From the NCBI GenBank assembly GCA_964016885.1, contig OZ024748.1:24118001-24182000 (forward strand): a stretch of DNA of 64,000 nt. Direction: 5' to 3'. The notes under the pieces were generated by a model. It was not told the origin of the DNA and did not search any database. It worked only from the letters and a program-made list of their open reading frames with translations. A program made the position numbers and the translations under genes. Positions 42,173 to 56,416 of the stretch are shown piece by piece; position 1 is the stretch's first letter; every line of letters starts with the position of its first letter. This stretch comes from Eledone cirrhosa. Its lineage: Eukaryota.

Positions 42173-42446
42173 CGGGGGTATTGGAAGTGTTTAATTTAAT
42201 AGTGAATACGTTTCCTTTGTCTGAAGCTGAAGGTATATATTACTTAAAAACACAGAGAAAATATTCAAAAACAAATCAAAAGAAAATTGTTTACTACTAA
42301 GCTAACGGGTGGTAAACACTTCCCACGCCCATTTCCTGTTTATTTGACCTAACTTCCAGCCCTCTGTATTTCCTATTTACCTACTCGAGGTTAAAGTATT
42401 CCATAACCAAAGTTTTATCTCATTTTTCCTGTTTTATTAAATCAAT

Positions 42447-42620
42447 AATTGTTTCTACTTTTGGCACAAGGCCAGCAATTTCCCAGTGTATTACTGGTAC
42501 TTTATTTTATCGACCCCGTAAGGCAAAGTTAACCTCGGCGGGATTTGAACTCAGAATGGCAAGGGCCGTAACTCTATGCGTCAAAGCATGGCGTCCGACC
42601 CTCTACCGATACTGCCAATT
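42447..42620 (-). mobile_element. Octopus-type SINE
   Basis: Same family. Confidence 0.9.
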
Positions 42621-43462
42621 CAAATCAATAATGTCGGGGGAAATTTTCTAGCAAACAGTCACCATTAATAAGTTATTATGTTAGCTTTATAAGAGCATAA
42701 ATACTCCTAACGTAAACATGTTAATATTTAATGTGATGCAATCATAGTACAGTTTTGTACTTTTCAAAAATATTTGGCTAATGTGGTTTCATGTGGTTTA
42801 TTGGTTCAAATGTTTGTAGTACAAACAGATAGGGGACAGATAGCTGGGGAAATCTACAGTAAACCAAAAGAAAGGCTGTAATTTTTAATATGATGTCATA
42901 GTGCTGTTTTGTACTTTCGAGAATGTGATTTCATGTGGTTTGTTAATTAAAATGTGTGTAGTATCTTTACTAGTAGATAGATCGTTGTGAATGTGTGCAG
43001 TATTAGAGGAAAGACTTTCATGTTTAATGTGATGTAATTATAGTGTACTCTTGTAATTATGTAGTCTTCAAGAATGTCATGTACAGGACATTAAGAGTTC
43101 AATACTCACAAGACAAAAGTATAAATAGTTTAGTAGAATATACTAAATTATTTAGTGATATATTATAAACCTAGCACCAATATACCAATAATTAATCAAT
43201 GGTAAGACAGTCATTTGTTTAAGTCAATAAATCCCATAAAAACGAACATGTAGAAAACTAGAAATAACACTTTCAATTAATGATAGGTCAAAGTTTCTCA
43301 ACCTTTAGAAATATTCAAATTACTTTTAATCAGCGCTGATAAATCCAGTCACATAAAGGTACAAAATAGAATACATTTTCTATTAGTGGTATGTACCTAT
43401 GTATGTGTGTGTATGTATGGGTGTATGTATGTATTTATTTATTTATTTATTTATGTGTGTGG

Positions 43463-43559
<97 letters not shown>

Positions 43560-44238
43560 TACATATATATGTGGGAAAAAGTATGACCCCGACGGCAGAG
43601 CTCAAGCCTAAGTATTGAGTACTCTGGGGCCTTATGGTCCATCTGGTTCCTTACCACATTTCCTTTGTTATATATATACATAGTTCAAGGAGACAACAAA
43701 CAGAGGTACAAAAAGTTTTAGTTTCACGCTTTATATTGGAAAGAGGAAAGAAAGTTCGATGTGCCGGGCAGAAGCCCTTTTTCAGGAGCACACATGGAGG
43801 CAGGATCACAATGAAGAAACAGAAAAAGGGACCAGTAAAGACACACAAAAAAAAAACAAACAAATGAAAAAGAAAAACAAAAAAGCCGTCAGTTAGTCTT
43901 AGTAACGAATGGGAATGCAAAGGGGAGTGTGTATGTGTGTATTAGTATAGTTATATGTGTGTGAGTAAGTGTAAGTTTAAATGTGTGTGATTTAAAGGTA
44001 AAATGTGTAAAGGAACACAGATAGTGATTGTAGGTGTATATCCATGTGTTAGTGGTAGTGGACATGTATGTGTGAGTGAAAGTAAGTGTGAATGTGTGTA
44101 CTGTTTATGTGTGTTGAAGTAATTTTGTGTGTGTATATATAAAGTATCGGTAGTGTAGCGTATGTCCGTGAGAAGAGTGGAATATTATATATATGTGTGT
44201 TTTATTATTATTATTATTATGTGCCAAAAGTAGAAACA

Positions 44239-44336
<98 letters not shown>

Positions 44337-44686
44337 TTGGCATATTATTCTGTGAGAATCCTGGTTATCGAGTTGAACTCTGCTGAGGATTGAATTCCAA
44401 CCGTAACCATCACCACTGAAAGTTTTCATGAAATAGTTTTTAATACTATACAGAGCATTTGAAGTTTTTCCAAATTGAGTATTTTATCATGAGTTAAGGC
44501 TCTATTGATTTTTCCCTGGATTTCACTAAATTCTGTGGATGAATCTATATCCTGATTCTCTTTGAGATGAGTTTAAATTATTTTTCCCACATCTTACGTT
44601 AACTATTTTTCCCATTTTTACGCTATAGTCACTTATATATTATGGAATACTGTTGGCTTTTCGCTGCAGTGTTTTCTATACCTTTC

Positions 44687-44717
<31 letters not shown>

Positions 44718-45149
44718 AGAAAAATGGAGTGCTGCGTGGTTGCACATGGGTTACATATGAATAAAATTAATCCTTCATCACTGATCTTCCAACCTTCATT
44801 GGTATTTCATCGCTTTAAAAATCCTCTGGTTGGTGCGAGCAATAACTAAATAAAGTTATTGGGACAAGTGAAATAGGGTGAAACGAGCGAGACACGTAAA
44901 CAAACAACGATGGTATTGCAACGGAAAGATAAGAAGAGACAAGTACATAATATCTGTAAGCTTAAGCTTGGTGAATTCATGGACGAGAGATACAGACCAT
45001 CCGACATGGGTGAGATGTGAGGGAGAAAAGGATTTCACACAGGTCAAACGGGAGGAAGTGAGAGAGGGGGAGAAGCAGAGAGTGAGTGAGTGGAAGTGTG
45101 AGGAAGAGGCCAGCGAGAGAGAGTGTAATATCAATTCCATATTCGACAA

Positions 45150-45680
45150 TATCTCGCTTCTGGAGTGTTTTAGGATGTCACGGCATGGGCACGATGAATG
45201 CCAATGATCTTCTCCTCTAGCAATTATGTACTGAGTTTGAGCTGGTCGTATGCAATACATTTTTTCAGCAACAAGAGATCCACAAGACAACATGGCTACA
45301 CCCAAGATTCAAACGTGGTAACATCTTTGATTACATCATCACCAGGAAGAGAGACCTCCAAGATATCTGCTCTGTCAGAGTAATGCGTGGTGCAGAATGC
45401 GGTACAAACAACATACTTGTACATAGCAAAATGAAGGTGCAGATCAGAAGAAAATTGAGGGCAGCAGGGGTACATGTGCTAAAACGTATAGATGTATAAA
45501 AACTGCAAAGTATAGAAATGCGAGATTCTTTTCAAAATACACTTGACAACGTCATCTTTGATGGAACTTGGGAACAGTTTAAAACACAGGTCTGTATTTG
45601 ATCTTAAGAAGACAAAACACAGACTGCTTTGATGATAATGATGCTCCAATCACCATGCTCATTGACGAGAAAAACGAGCT
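45150..45680 (+). pseudogene. RTE-clade LINE APE endonuclease relic
   Basis: Hand translation LCTEFELVVCNTFFQQQEIHKTTWLHPRFKRGNIFDYIITRKRDLQDICSVRVMRGAECGT, with stops. Confidence 0.8.
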
Positions 45681-45985
45681 GAGTATGAGAAGTACCCTGT
45701 TCAGGAAGAGAGGGTTCAACACATCTTGAACACATGATACAGTTCAACACATGATATAGTTCAACATATCCTGAACACATGATATAGTTCAACACATCTT
45801 GAACACATGATATACATCACTAATTGGAGAATCCCACATTTTAGAATGCTGGGTTAAATAATGTTTGGCGATATTTAGTATAACCAAATGGTTATGAAAT
45901 TCGCTTTACGGTCAAAAGGTTCTGGATTCGATCCCACTGCGTGACATCTTGAGCAAGTGCCATTTATCATAGCATCAGGTCAATA

Positions 45986-46100
45986 TGGCGGCGAATTGGA
46001 AGAGTCGTGAGAACGTCGGATAGAATGCTTTATGGTATTCATTCCGGCTCCCTGGACTCTGATTTCAAATACCGCCGAGGTCAACTTTGTCTTTCGTCCT
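45986..46100 (+). mobile_element. Older SINE copy (head); similar at 38390-38530, 38620-38730 and 59525-59590
   Basis: ggcggcgaattgg..agtcgt.agaacgtcgga..ccgccgaggtcaactttg. Confidence 0.75.
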
Positions 46101-46776
46101 TGCGATAAAAAGTTTCTCTGGAAGAAATTTGCTGTACTCAGGCCTGGAGAGGGATGGGGTCTGCCAGGCTTAAAATGCCTAAGAAACTCCGTATGTCAAT
46201 ACGACGGCCCTACCACGTTATCAGGAGTTACAGGACCCTACATATATACAGATCAATACAAGCCTTGTGAGATAAACTATGTATACGGATGGACTTTACC
46301 TGTAATTCAAAAAGGCAGCCTCGTTATGTGTAGCACCACACTGAATCACCCTGAGAATTACGTTAAGGGTAGAAGATCCTGTGGGATGTTCAACCAATTT
46401 CATATTAATATCAGAAGTTCTGCAATACCCATCGTCGAAAGAGACAAAGTTCCATACCAGAAACGCAATAATCAGCGCAGTAGTAGGTTAGTTTACACAG
46501 TGCTGACGAGATTAGAATCTCCTTTCTCTAACAATGAAGATTAAATTGGGGGAAATTATTTTTAGTTTCTTGAAATTAGTTTCCTTCCTCTTCGATTGAT
46601 TTATTTAATTTTATTATTTTTTATTTTTTTTTTTTTTAAATATCTGTATTGCAACTAGGTGTTTGTCTTCTGTGCAGGCGTGAAATTTCAATACACTAAG
46701 TATTTATTGGGCACAGCATTCAGTATATCACATTTTAACATACTTATCCATCTTCGATATATTTTCCTTAGCACTT

Positions 46777-46810
<34 letters not shown>

Positions 46811-46971
46811 TGTGTGTGTTGTGTGTGTGTGTGTGGGGGGGGGGGGGGTATGTATGTATATATGCACACAATTGAATTGGATAGTCTCAGTTACAAAATG
46901 AAGCAGTCCTCTATTCAATAAAGTATTCAATACTTCAATATATTAAATATGCACAGATAATAATGATAGGG

Positions 46972-47029
46972 TATTCCCCCCTGACGACGCGAGTCAACCG
47001 AAACGGATGTGTTCAGCCGTAGGGTAATA
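46972..47029 (+). ncRNA. Type I hammerhead motif with a complete stem III
   Basis: tattccccc-CTGACGA-cgcgagtcaacc-GAAA-cggatg-tgtt-cagccg-TA-gggtaata. Stem II is weak. Confidence 0.65.
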
Positions 47030-47184
47030 TGCAAATAAAAAATATATCTGTGTGATTTTGTAATATAGAAATTTGTGTATCTGTGAGTGCGCATGTGTGT
47101 AAAAATACCCAAACGCACATAGACAAATGCACACACGCACATAGACAAATCCACACACAGAAATATATATATACACACACAGAA

Positions 47185-47264
<80 letters not shown>

Positions 47265-47526
47265 ATGTATATAATACGGTTTGATATGCGGTTCGTTTAC
47301 CTAAGAGGGTCCTGACATATTTTTGCATGTCTAAATGTATTATTTCAGTTTATTACAAAAATCTTAACAATTTACATTACATACATCATAATTTATTCAC
47401 ATACACACATACATACAAATATATATATATATATATATGTCTCTCTCTCTCTCTCTTTATATATATATATATATATTTATAGTGACGAAACATAAGTGAA
47501 TTGCATGAACTCACAATCCTTTATTT

Positions 47527-47582
47527 ACTGCTATATATATTTCGATGATAGCCATTGAATGGCTATGACCTCATCAGACAGT
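47527..47582 (-). ncRNA. Type I hammerhead motif in a short (TA)n-flanked element (about 47478-47647)
   Basis: actgt-CTGATGA-ggtc-atagccat-tca-atggctat-catc-GAAA-tatata-TA-gcagt. Confidence 0.8.
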
Positions 47583-47641
47583 TAGTCGGTTCTTAGATAT
47601 GCCAGCTCTGTGTTTATAGTGTTGATGGTATCAAAGTCTTG

Positions 47642-47679
<38 letters not shown>

Positions 47680-47753
47680 CGAAGGAAATGTGGTAAGGAA
47701 CCAGGTGGACCATAACGCATCAAAGTACTCAATACTTAGGGTAGTAGAGTGGG

Positions 47754-47806
<53 letters not shown>

Positions 47807-47810
<4 letters not shown>

Positions 47811-48270
47811 ATTAAATAAATGGAAAACTATATTTATAAAACCATATTTATTTCATTATATATATTTCGGGGATATCATATTAACAATATGCTATGCCTT
47901 CATCAGACAAAATACAATATAAACAGTTTTATAGATAAATATATTCGACATACCGTAATAAACATCGACTTCATTTGAAGAGGTTTACACTTGACTGCTA
48001 GTGTAAACCTCTTCAAATGAAGTCGATGTTTATTACGGTATGTCGAATATATTTATCTATAAAACTGTTTATATTGTATTTTGTCTGATGAAGGCATAGC
48101 ATATTGTTAATATGATATCCCCGAAATATATATAATGAAATAAATATGGTTTTATAAATATAGTTTTCCATTTATTTAATATTGTAAATATACTCCAAAT
48201 ATTTGTCGAGTGCTTTTATATCAGTTATAAATATTTACTAGTTGTAACCCAACAATTTTAAATATAACTT

Positions 48271-48274
<4 letters not shown>
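47807..48274. mobile_element. Fold-back mini-element: 185-bp arms, 8-nt loop, 90-bp unique tail, HHR in each arm, in (TA)n
   Basis: 47807-47991 is the reverse complement of 48000-48184. No ORF. Confidence 0.9.
48077..48142 (+). ncRNA. Type I hammerhead motif (twin on - strand at 47849-47914)
   Basis: tattttgt-CTGATGA-aggcatag-catatt-gtt-aatatg-atatcccc-GAAA-tatata-TA-atgaaata. Confidence 0.75.
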
Positions 48275-48346
<72 letters not shown>

Positions 48347-48446
48347 TATAATATATATATATATATAACTTTCTTTTTATTTGCCACCAGGGCATCAAAA
48401 AGTGGGACAAGTACAATGGGGGAGTTTACATATATATATTTATATA

Positions 48447-48488
<42 letters not shown>

Positions 48489-48605
48489 CATATATACATA
48501 TATATATATGTGTGTGCGTGTGGATATTATATTATATTGTATTATATTATATATACATATATACACACACACACATATATGTATATATATGTATATATAT
48601 GTATA

Positions 48606-48664
<59 letters not shown>

Positions 48665-48746
48665 GTGTGTGCGTGTGGATATTATATTATATTGTATTAT
48701 ATTATATATACATATATATACACACACACATATATGTATATATATG

Positions 48747-48877
<131 letters not shown>

Positions 48878-49239
48878 TATGGTATATCATCGTTCAAGTT
48901 ATGGGATTACTCTAAATCTTAAATATAGCTGAATTCCATTGTGATATTGGACTACGTTGCACGGTAATTGAGTATCCTACCTGCAGTTAAATTCTATGTG
49001 AATCTCGTGAGACAAGAAAACAGATGATATAATTAAGCTTATCCAATAGAAAGAGCGTTCATATTTAAAATTTGAGCAGTGAAATTGCTTGTGAAGCCAC
49101 GGGTGTTAAACGGTAAGAAGATGATCCGGCATGCGATAAATACCGTTGTGGTATCTCGCATTTTATTTTTCTGTCTTATGCCTTATTTTTCTCTACTTAC
49201 ATACACACACACACGCGCACGCACACACACACACACGCG

Positions 49240-49314
<75 letters not shown>

Positions 49315-49442
49315 CACTCACATTCATATATATATATACTAAACCTGAAAAATGCGCAAGCTGAAAAGAGCCACAGAATGTAATATAAACCTTCAAAAGT
49401 GTGGGACTAGAGTTGTTGCTCAAAAATATTGTAATCATCCCT

Positions 49443-49860
49443 TTACATTCTGAGTTCAAATCCCGCCGAGGTTAACTTTGCCTTTCATCCTTACGGGGTC
49501 GATAAAATAAAGTACCAGTAATGCACTGGCTAATTGCTGGCCTTGTGCCTAAAGTAGAAACAAATATCTATCGTACACTCTGTGCCATCCTTTTATAAAA
49601 ACAGAGACTCATAATGAACTCAAGACGACACGATAATTATTTAAGCTAATGTTCAATATCTCATATTAGATAGTCGGTGGATTGGCAGTATCGGTAGAGG
49701 GTCGGACGCCATGCTGTCCAGCATAGTTACGTCCCTTTACGATCTGAGTTCAAATCCCGCCGAGGTTGACTTTGCCTTTCATCCTTACGGAGTCGATAAA
49801 ATAAAGTACCAGTAATGAACTGGGTAATTGCTGGCCTTGTGCCTAAAGTAGAAACAAATA
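49443..49860 (+). mobile_element. Two octopus-type SINE copies (49443-49565 partial; 49674-49860)
   Basis: Same family as 40200-40436. Confidence 0.88.
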
Positions 49861-50159
49861 TCTCATATTAGATGTTTAGTAATGATTAATACGAAATGTA
49901 CTTAAACCGAATTCTATATTATAAATTCACTTAAATAATTATCACTTAAATTTGTTATAGACTCCCAGTCGGTTAGTTTAATAACCGGATAGATTTTCAG
50001 TTGTTGATTGTCAAATCTCTTTCGCCACACATTCTGTGACTTCCCCAGTTACTGCTTTTTTGTTATTTGTGTCCCCTCTTTGTTCTGTCTTACACTATCT
50101 TGTAAAACATATACAAAAACGTTGTATGTACGTATGTACGTACGTATGTATGTATGTAC

Positions 50160-50225
<66 letters not shown>

Positions 50226-50390
50226 GGCAGGAATTTCACCAGTGCAACCTCCAACCACCAACAAGATTCAACATAAATGATGATGGATGGGTTGCATTTC
50301 GTCGCGTGCTTTTCCTAATATTACATCACGGTTGACTATACGGAATGACCGGTTCTATCCAGTGGTGAACCAACAAACCTAAATAAGTAT

Positions 50391-50471
<81 letters not shown>

Positions 50472-50664
50472 TAAACGGAATAGAAAATGCTGACAAATTG
50501 TTCACAGTTGAAAAATGGTTTAATTAGGAATAAAAGAGTATTAGTGATTGTATGGGTTAGTATTCAGTTGTGGTTTTAAGTTTTTAAGTTTTTACCGGTT
50601 GCGCATTTCTAAATGCTTTTCAAAAATAATTTTGAGATAGAGTGTCCGTGCTGTTTGCTCATAT

Positions 50665-51214
50665 ATACAATATGTTGAGAAAGTAACACACCAGAGAGAG
50701 ATATATAGTGCGTTATCAATAATACAGGGAAAAAACCACCAGTGTATGGAATCTATAACCTATGAAAAGCAGACTATAGACACGATAATTAAAAATATAA
50801 ATTAAAGCGTAAATAAATACCTTTATAACTATATAACACACGATACATTTCAGACAACACTAAGAGAATTTTACAATTGACTGTCCAGCTACACGTGGGA
50901 GAGAGAAGTCACAGCGTGTTTAGGGGCAGTGAACCAGTGGCCTCTGAGAGACGAGCTGCTAGAAAGGGCAGCCCAAAGCCACTCAGAGAAGTGTGCTCAA
51001 CCAAACAGAGATAGGAAAGACTGTTATTAGGAGCGAAATATCACGATATAGTTATAAAGGTATTTATTTACGCTTTAATTTATATTTTTAATTATCGTGT
51101 CTATAGTCTGCCTTTCATAGGTTATAGATTCCATACACTGGTGGTTTTTTCCCTGTATTATTGATAACGCACTATATATCTCTCTCTGGTGTGTTACCTT
51201 CTCAACATATTGTA
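50665..51214. repeat. Inverted repeat with about 170-bp arms and about 210-bp spacer
   Basis: tacaatatgttgagaa...ataactatat versus atatagttat...ttctcaacatattgta. Confidence 0.88.
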
Positions 51215-51309
51215 TTTTAAAGAGTTCAGGATCTCTTCTCCTTTGAGCACATTATTTACAGGGAATAACGACGGCCTATGCCTCCGTTAATTTATCGTGA
51301 TATATATTG

Positions 51310-51340
<31 letters not shown>

Positions 51341-51459
51341 TGTAATAAACAACATAAGAAAATTATTTCATTTACCAGTGGTTTCTTGAAAGCAAACAAA
51401 TCTGCTTTCAGTCATCAGAATGAATAGAATATATATATATATATATATTTAAATATATA

Positions 51460-51594
<135 letters not shown>

Positions 51595-51827
51595 GTCGGA
51601 ACGGTTTGAGCTCTGCCGTCGGGGTTAAACATTTTCCTATTACCACTCTACTACGCTAAGTATTGAGTACTCTGGTGCATTATGGTCAATCTGGTTCCTT
51701 ACCACATCTCCTTCGTTATATTTATATATATATATTTATTTATGTAATAAACAACACTGTATAATTATTCCATTACCTATACGTACATGCATGCCTACAT
51801 ACATACATACATACATACATACATACA

Positions 51828-52208
51828 TGATGATGGGTGCCCCCTCGTTATCGATTATGGCCATTGCACGATATACCCTTATTAATAATTATTAATTAAT
51901 TCTATCGTGCAATGCCTGTGCGTGAAGATATTTTTTAAAGTGAGGAAAGACTGTGCACTGAGCCAATCCCACTCTCTCAGCGACAGTAGCTATAACCCGA
52001 AAAGAAGAATAGATCAACATCATCGGTAACTACTGAGCCACAGGTTTTATGTCGGAGTTATCCCAGTTTCCTGAGTTGCCTTCTCCTAGAAGAATGCCCT
52101 GACAAAGGCTAGGGGTCCTTCACTCCCAGTGGTTTAACCGCACGGTACATGTGTATATACATATTTACACACTTTTGGATGGCCGGTGACTCTTATGAGT
52201 TCTGCTCA
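51828..52208 (-). mobile_element. Diverged relative of the RTE-derived element
   Basis: Shares gcaatgcctgtg, cccactctct, ccttctcctagaa, gacaaaggct and ttttggatggcc blocks. (TACA)n flanks. Confidence 0.55.
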
Positions 52209-52298
52209 TACATACATACATGCTTGCATGCATACCTACATACATACATACATACATACATACATACATACATACATACATACATACGTATGTATGTA

Positions 52299-52667
52299 GG
52301 AGATCAGCTGCCCACTTGATGTAAACGTTGTCAGAAAAATACAGGAGAAGGAGGACATCTACGGACCATTGATGAGGAGTTTACAAATCCAGTATCCAAG
52401 ATACACCTTTAGCTTCATACCCATCATTATTGGTGCTACGGGTTATATACCAACCCGCTTGGACCAAAGTATGACTGAACTTGGATTTGCGGACAAAAAG
52501 CGCAGCTCCCTAATTCATAGTCTACAAATGGCTGCGATAGCTGGCACCTTCAAAATTTGCAAAACATTCTTGCGATTCAAGGGATGACAATTTCTTTTCT
52601 TTTACAACCTTGCCACCAGGAAGGTGGCCGGTCAAAAAATATACTCAAAATTAAGAGAAAGAGAAAA
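52299..52667 (+). mobile_element. Short 3' fragment of the R4/Dong-like element in (TACA)n
   Basis: Near-identical to 56047-56416. Confidence 0.92.
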
Positions 52668-53350
52668 CATACATACATACACACATACATACAGACAGAC
52701 ATACACACATACATACATACATACAGACATACATACATACATACAGACAGACATACATACATACATACACACATTCATACATACATACATACAGACAGAC
52801 ATACATACATACATACATACATACATACACACATACATACATACAGACAGACAGACAGACAGACATACATACATACATACATACATACTCACATACATAC
52901 ATACATATATACATACATACATACATACATACAGACAGACAGACAGACAGACATACATACACACATACATACATACACACATACATACCTACATACATAC
53001 CTACATACATACATACATACATACATACATACATACATACATACATACATACATACATACATACATACATACAGACAGACATAAATACATACAGACAGAC
53101 AGACAGACAGACATACATACATACATACTCACATACATACAGACAGACATACATACATACATACATACATACACACATACATACATACATACATACACAC
53201 ATACATACATACATACATACATACATACACACATACATACATACATACACACATACATACATACATACAGACAGACAGACAGACAGACATACATACATAC
53301 ATACATACTCACATACATACATACACACATACATACATACATACATACAC

Positions 53351-53383
<33 letters not shown>

Positions 53384-53493
53384 CATACATACATACATAC
53401 ATACGTACAGACAGACAGACAGACAGACATACATACTTACATACATACATACATACACACACACATACATACATACAGACATACAGACATACA
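52668..53493. repeat. Compound (TACA/GACA)n microsatellite; similar tracts at 39790-40195 and 41335-41985
   Basis: Direct reading of the sequence. Confidence 0.95.
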
Positions 53494-54132
53494 TGACCTA
53501 GTTGATGTTACGTAAATTCCAATGAAAGAGCAACGTTTCTGGGTCGAAAATTGGATCATTCTCTGTTGGTGATACAGTTTGAAAATAAAAGCAGAATAAC
53601 ATACACATACACATTCATACACATCAATACACTCACACACACGTGCGCGCGCTCACGCTCACACACATACCTATATTATGTGTGTGTGTATATATATATA
53701 TATATAATAAAATAAAACATTTCTAGAGAACAACACGTTATACACACACATATGTACGTGTATACACATATACACATATACAAACACACACATATACTTG
53801 CAAAGAGATCTCCAGATATAAAGCAATGCCTGTGTCGTGAAGCTTTTATAGTGAGCAAAGGCACTGCACAAAGCCAGTCCCACTCTCTTAACCAAGATGA
53901 TATTTACCAAAAAGAAGAACAAGTCAACATCATTGGATACCATCATATATACACATACATACATACAAACATACATACATACATACATACATACATACAT
54001 ACACATATACATACATACATACATACATACACACACATACATACATACATACATACACACACATACATACATACATACATACATACATACATACATACAT
54101 ACATACATACATACATACATACATACATACAT

Positions 54133-56416
54133 CTGTATGGGAAACGGATGACGGATTCAACAGACAAGCTAATTGGCTAAAAGAACTGGAACAGGACTAC
54201 TGCCAACATGTCCAGACAAAACAATATGACATAGATGGGTCAATACTGGAAACAGCTCTACAGAAAATGTCGAATAGGAAATCGCCAGGCCCAGACCTCA
54301 TTACAGGATACTGGTTGAAGAATTTCACTTTCTATCGGCAAGATCTCATACGGCTGTTTACAGAAACCATTAAGGGCACACAAGAACTGCCCAGATGGTT
54401 ATCAACTGCCTCTACTCTCCTCATTCCCAAAAATAGCCAAACCACCCTTGCTAAAAATTACCGCCCAATTGCCTGCCAAAACATCATGTATAAATTATAT
54501 ACTGGGTGCCTTAACCTGTTCCTACAGGATCACTGTGCTACCAACAACATCATAACACCTGAGCAAGCTGGTGGAAAGAGGGAGGTGTGGGGTTGCATAG
54601 ATCACCTACTAACTAACAAAATGATTCAGGAAAAAACAACAAAGAATCGCAGAAACATGACTGTCGTGTGGCTGGACTATCAAAAAGCATTTGATAGTGT
54701 ACCTCATGGGTGGATTGTTAAGGCTTTACAGTTAGCTAAAGTCCCACAACCATTGGTAGCTGCTGTTGAACGCCTGACCAAGAACTGGTACACCAGTTTG
54801 ATCCTTAGAGGTGAGAAGGAGCAGGTTAAGACTGATAAGATACATTACCAGAAGGGCATCTTTCAGGGTGATAGCTTGTCAGTGCTACTCTTCGTTCTCT
54901 CACTGAATCCACTATCTTACCTACTCAGGAAACAAGGTGGACAAAGAAGTGGGACCAGAAGTATCTCCCATCTTTTCTTTGTTGATGACCTGAAGTTATA
55001 TGGGCCAAATATCAATGACATCAAGAAACAATTGGACCTCATTACACAATTTTCAACCGACATCAAAATGAAATTTGGTGAGTCCAAGTGTGCATATTTG
55101 GCAGTAAAACGTGGAAGAGCTGTGCCCTCCTCTAGAAATCTAGAGATGAACGGCCTGACAATACAACCTCTGCAGTCAGGTGACAACTACAGATATCTTG
55201 GACAGAATGAGAATGTCAGATATGATGGACCCATAAATAAGGAGAGAACCAGAACTGAATACCTCAGAAGAGTAAAGAAAATATGGTCATCAGAACTGTC
55301 AGCATACAACAAATACATTGCCCACAATACTTATGCTGTGCCAATTCTAACGCCAACATTTGGCCTACTGAACTGGTCATTGCAAGAACTAAGTGAGATG
55401 GATGTTAGAACTCTAAAACTTCTCAGTGTTACTGGGAACTTTAACATCAATGGTGATGTGGATAGGCTATACTTCTCACGCAAGGAAGGTGGCCGGGGTC
55501 TAAAATCCATATTAATAACATATGAGACCCGGATAGTAACACTGAAGCAACACCTTCAACAGAGGAAAAAGATTTGCAACCATCTTGCCCAGGTTTATGA
55601 GCATGAAAAAAAAAAATATTAGAATAGCGACTGATCTGGAGGAGAGATATGGAATAAAGCCTGATATAAATCCCTCACCCAGAGAAATCGGAAGATCCTA
55701 TTCAATGTTCAAACAAGATGAAAAAATTGACCAATTTACAGAAAAAGTTGTGCATGGATAAATGTAGGCTATGTAAAACAAAGATCGAGGATGTAAGCCA
55801 CATTGTTGCCAGCTGCGAAAGAATGTCATCTCGCTATTACCTCCCCATGAGACACGATGGGATAGCTAGAACCATCTGGAACGCACTTCGGAAAACAAAA
55901 TTAACAACAAACGAGGAAGAATATATTGAGACAGATGGCACTAAGGAATACTGGTGGAACCTGAAAATAAAAACTGCCACCAAATTAAAGCACAACCGGC
56001 CTGATATTGTAGTTTGGGACCACACATTGAAAACGTGTTCTGTTGTGGAGATCAGCTGCCCACTTGATGTAAACGTTGTCAGAAAAATACAGGAGAAGGA
56101 GGACATCTACGGACCATTGATGAGGAGTTTACAAATCCAGTATCCAAGATACACCTTTAGCTTCATACCCATCATTATTGGTGCTACGGGTTATATACCA
56201 ACCCGCTTGGACCAAAGTATGACTGAACTTGGATTTGCGGACAAAAAGCGCAGCTCCCTAATTCATAGTCTACAAATGGCTGCGATAGCTGGCACCTTCA
56301 AAATTTGCAAAACATTCTTGCGATTCAAGGGATGACAATTTCTTTTCTTTTACAACCTTGCCACCAGGAAGGTGGCCGGTCAAAAAAATATACTCAAAAT
56401 TAAGAGAAAGAGAAAA
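54133..56416 (+). mobile_element. R4/Dong-like non-LTR retrotransposon (RT plus restriction-like endonuclease), 5'-truncated and frameshifted, in (TACA)n
   Basis: SPGPD, YRPIA, WLDYQKAFDSV, GIFQGDSLS, FVDD, YRYLG and EGGRGL (54267-55622). CRLC..H..C, RHD and RPD..E (55718-56335). Frameshift at the poly-A near 55610. Confidence 0.9.

Noticed and set aside
42725-43080. About 150-bp diverged tandem duplication (similar small duplications at 25279-25570 and 45715-45815)
   Set aside because: Ordinary local duplications with no further structure seen.
46032-46544. 170-aa ORF
   Set aside because: It spans a mosaic of SINE and other repeat fragments.
50230-50340. Possible HHR on the - strand with a long tgcaacc/ggttgca stem III
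   Set aside because: Three or more core deviations (GTGATGT, no UH site) and no stem II.
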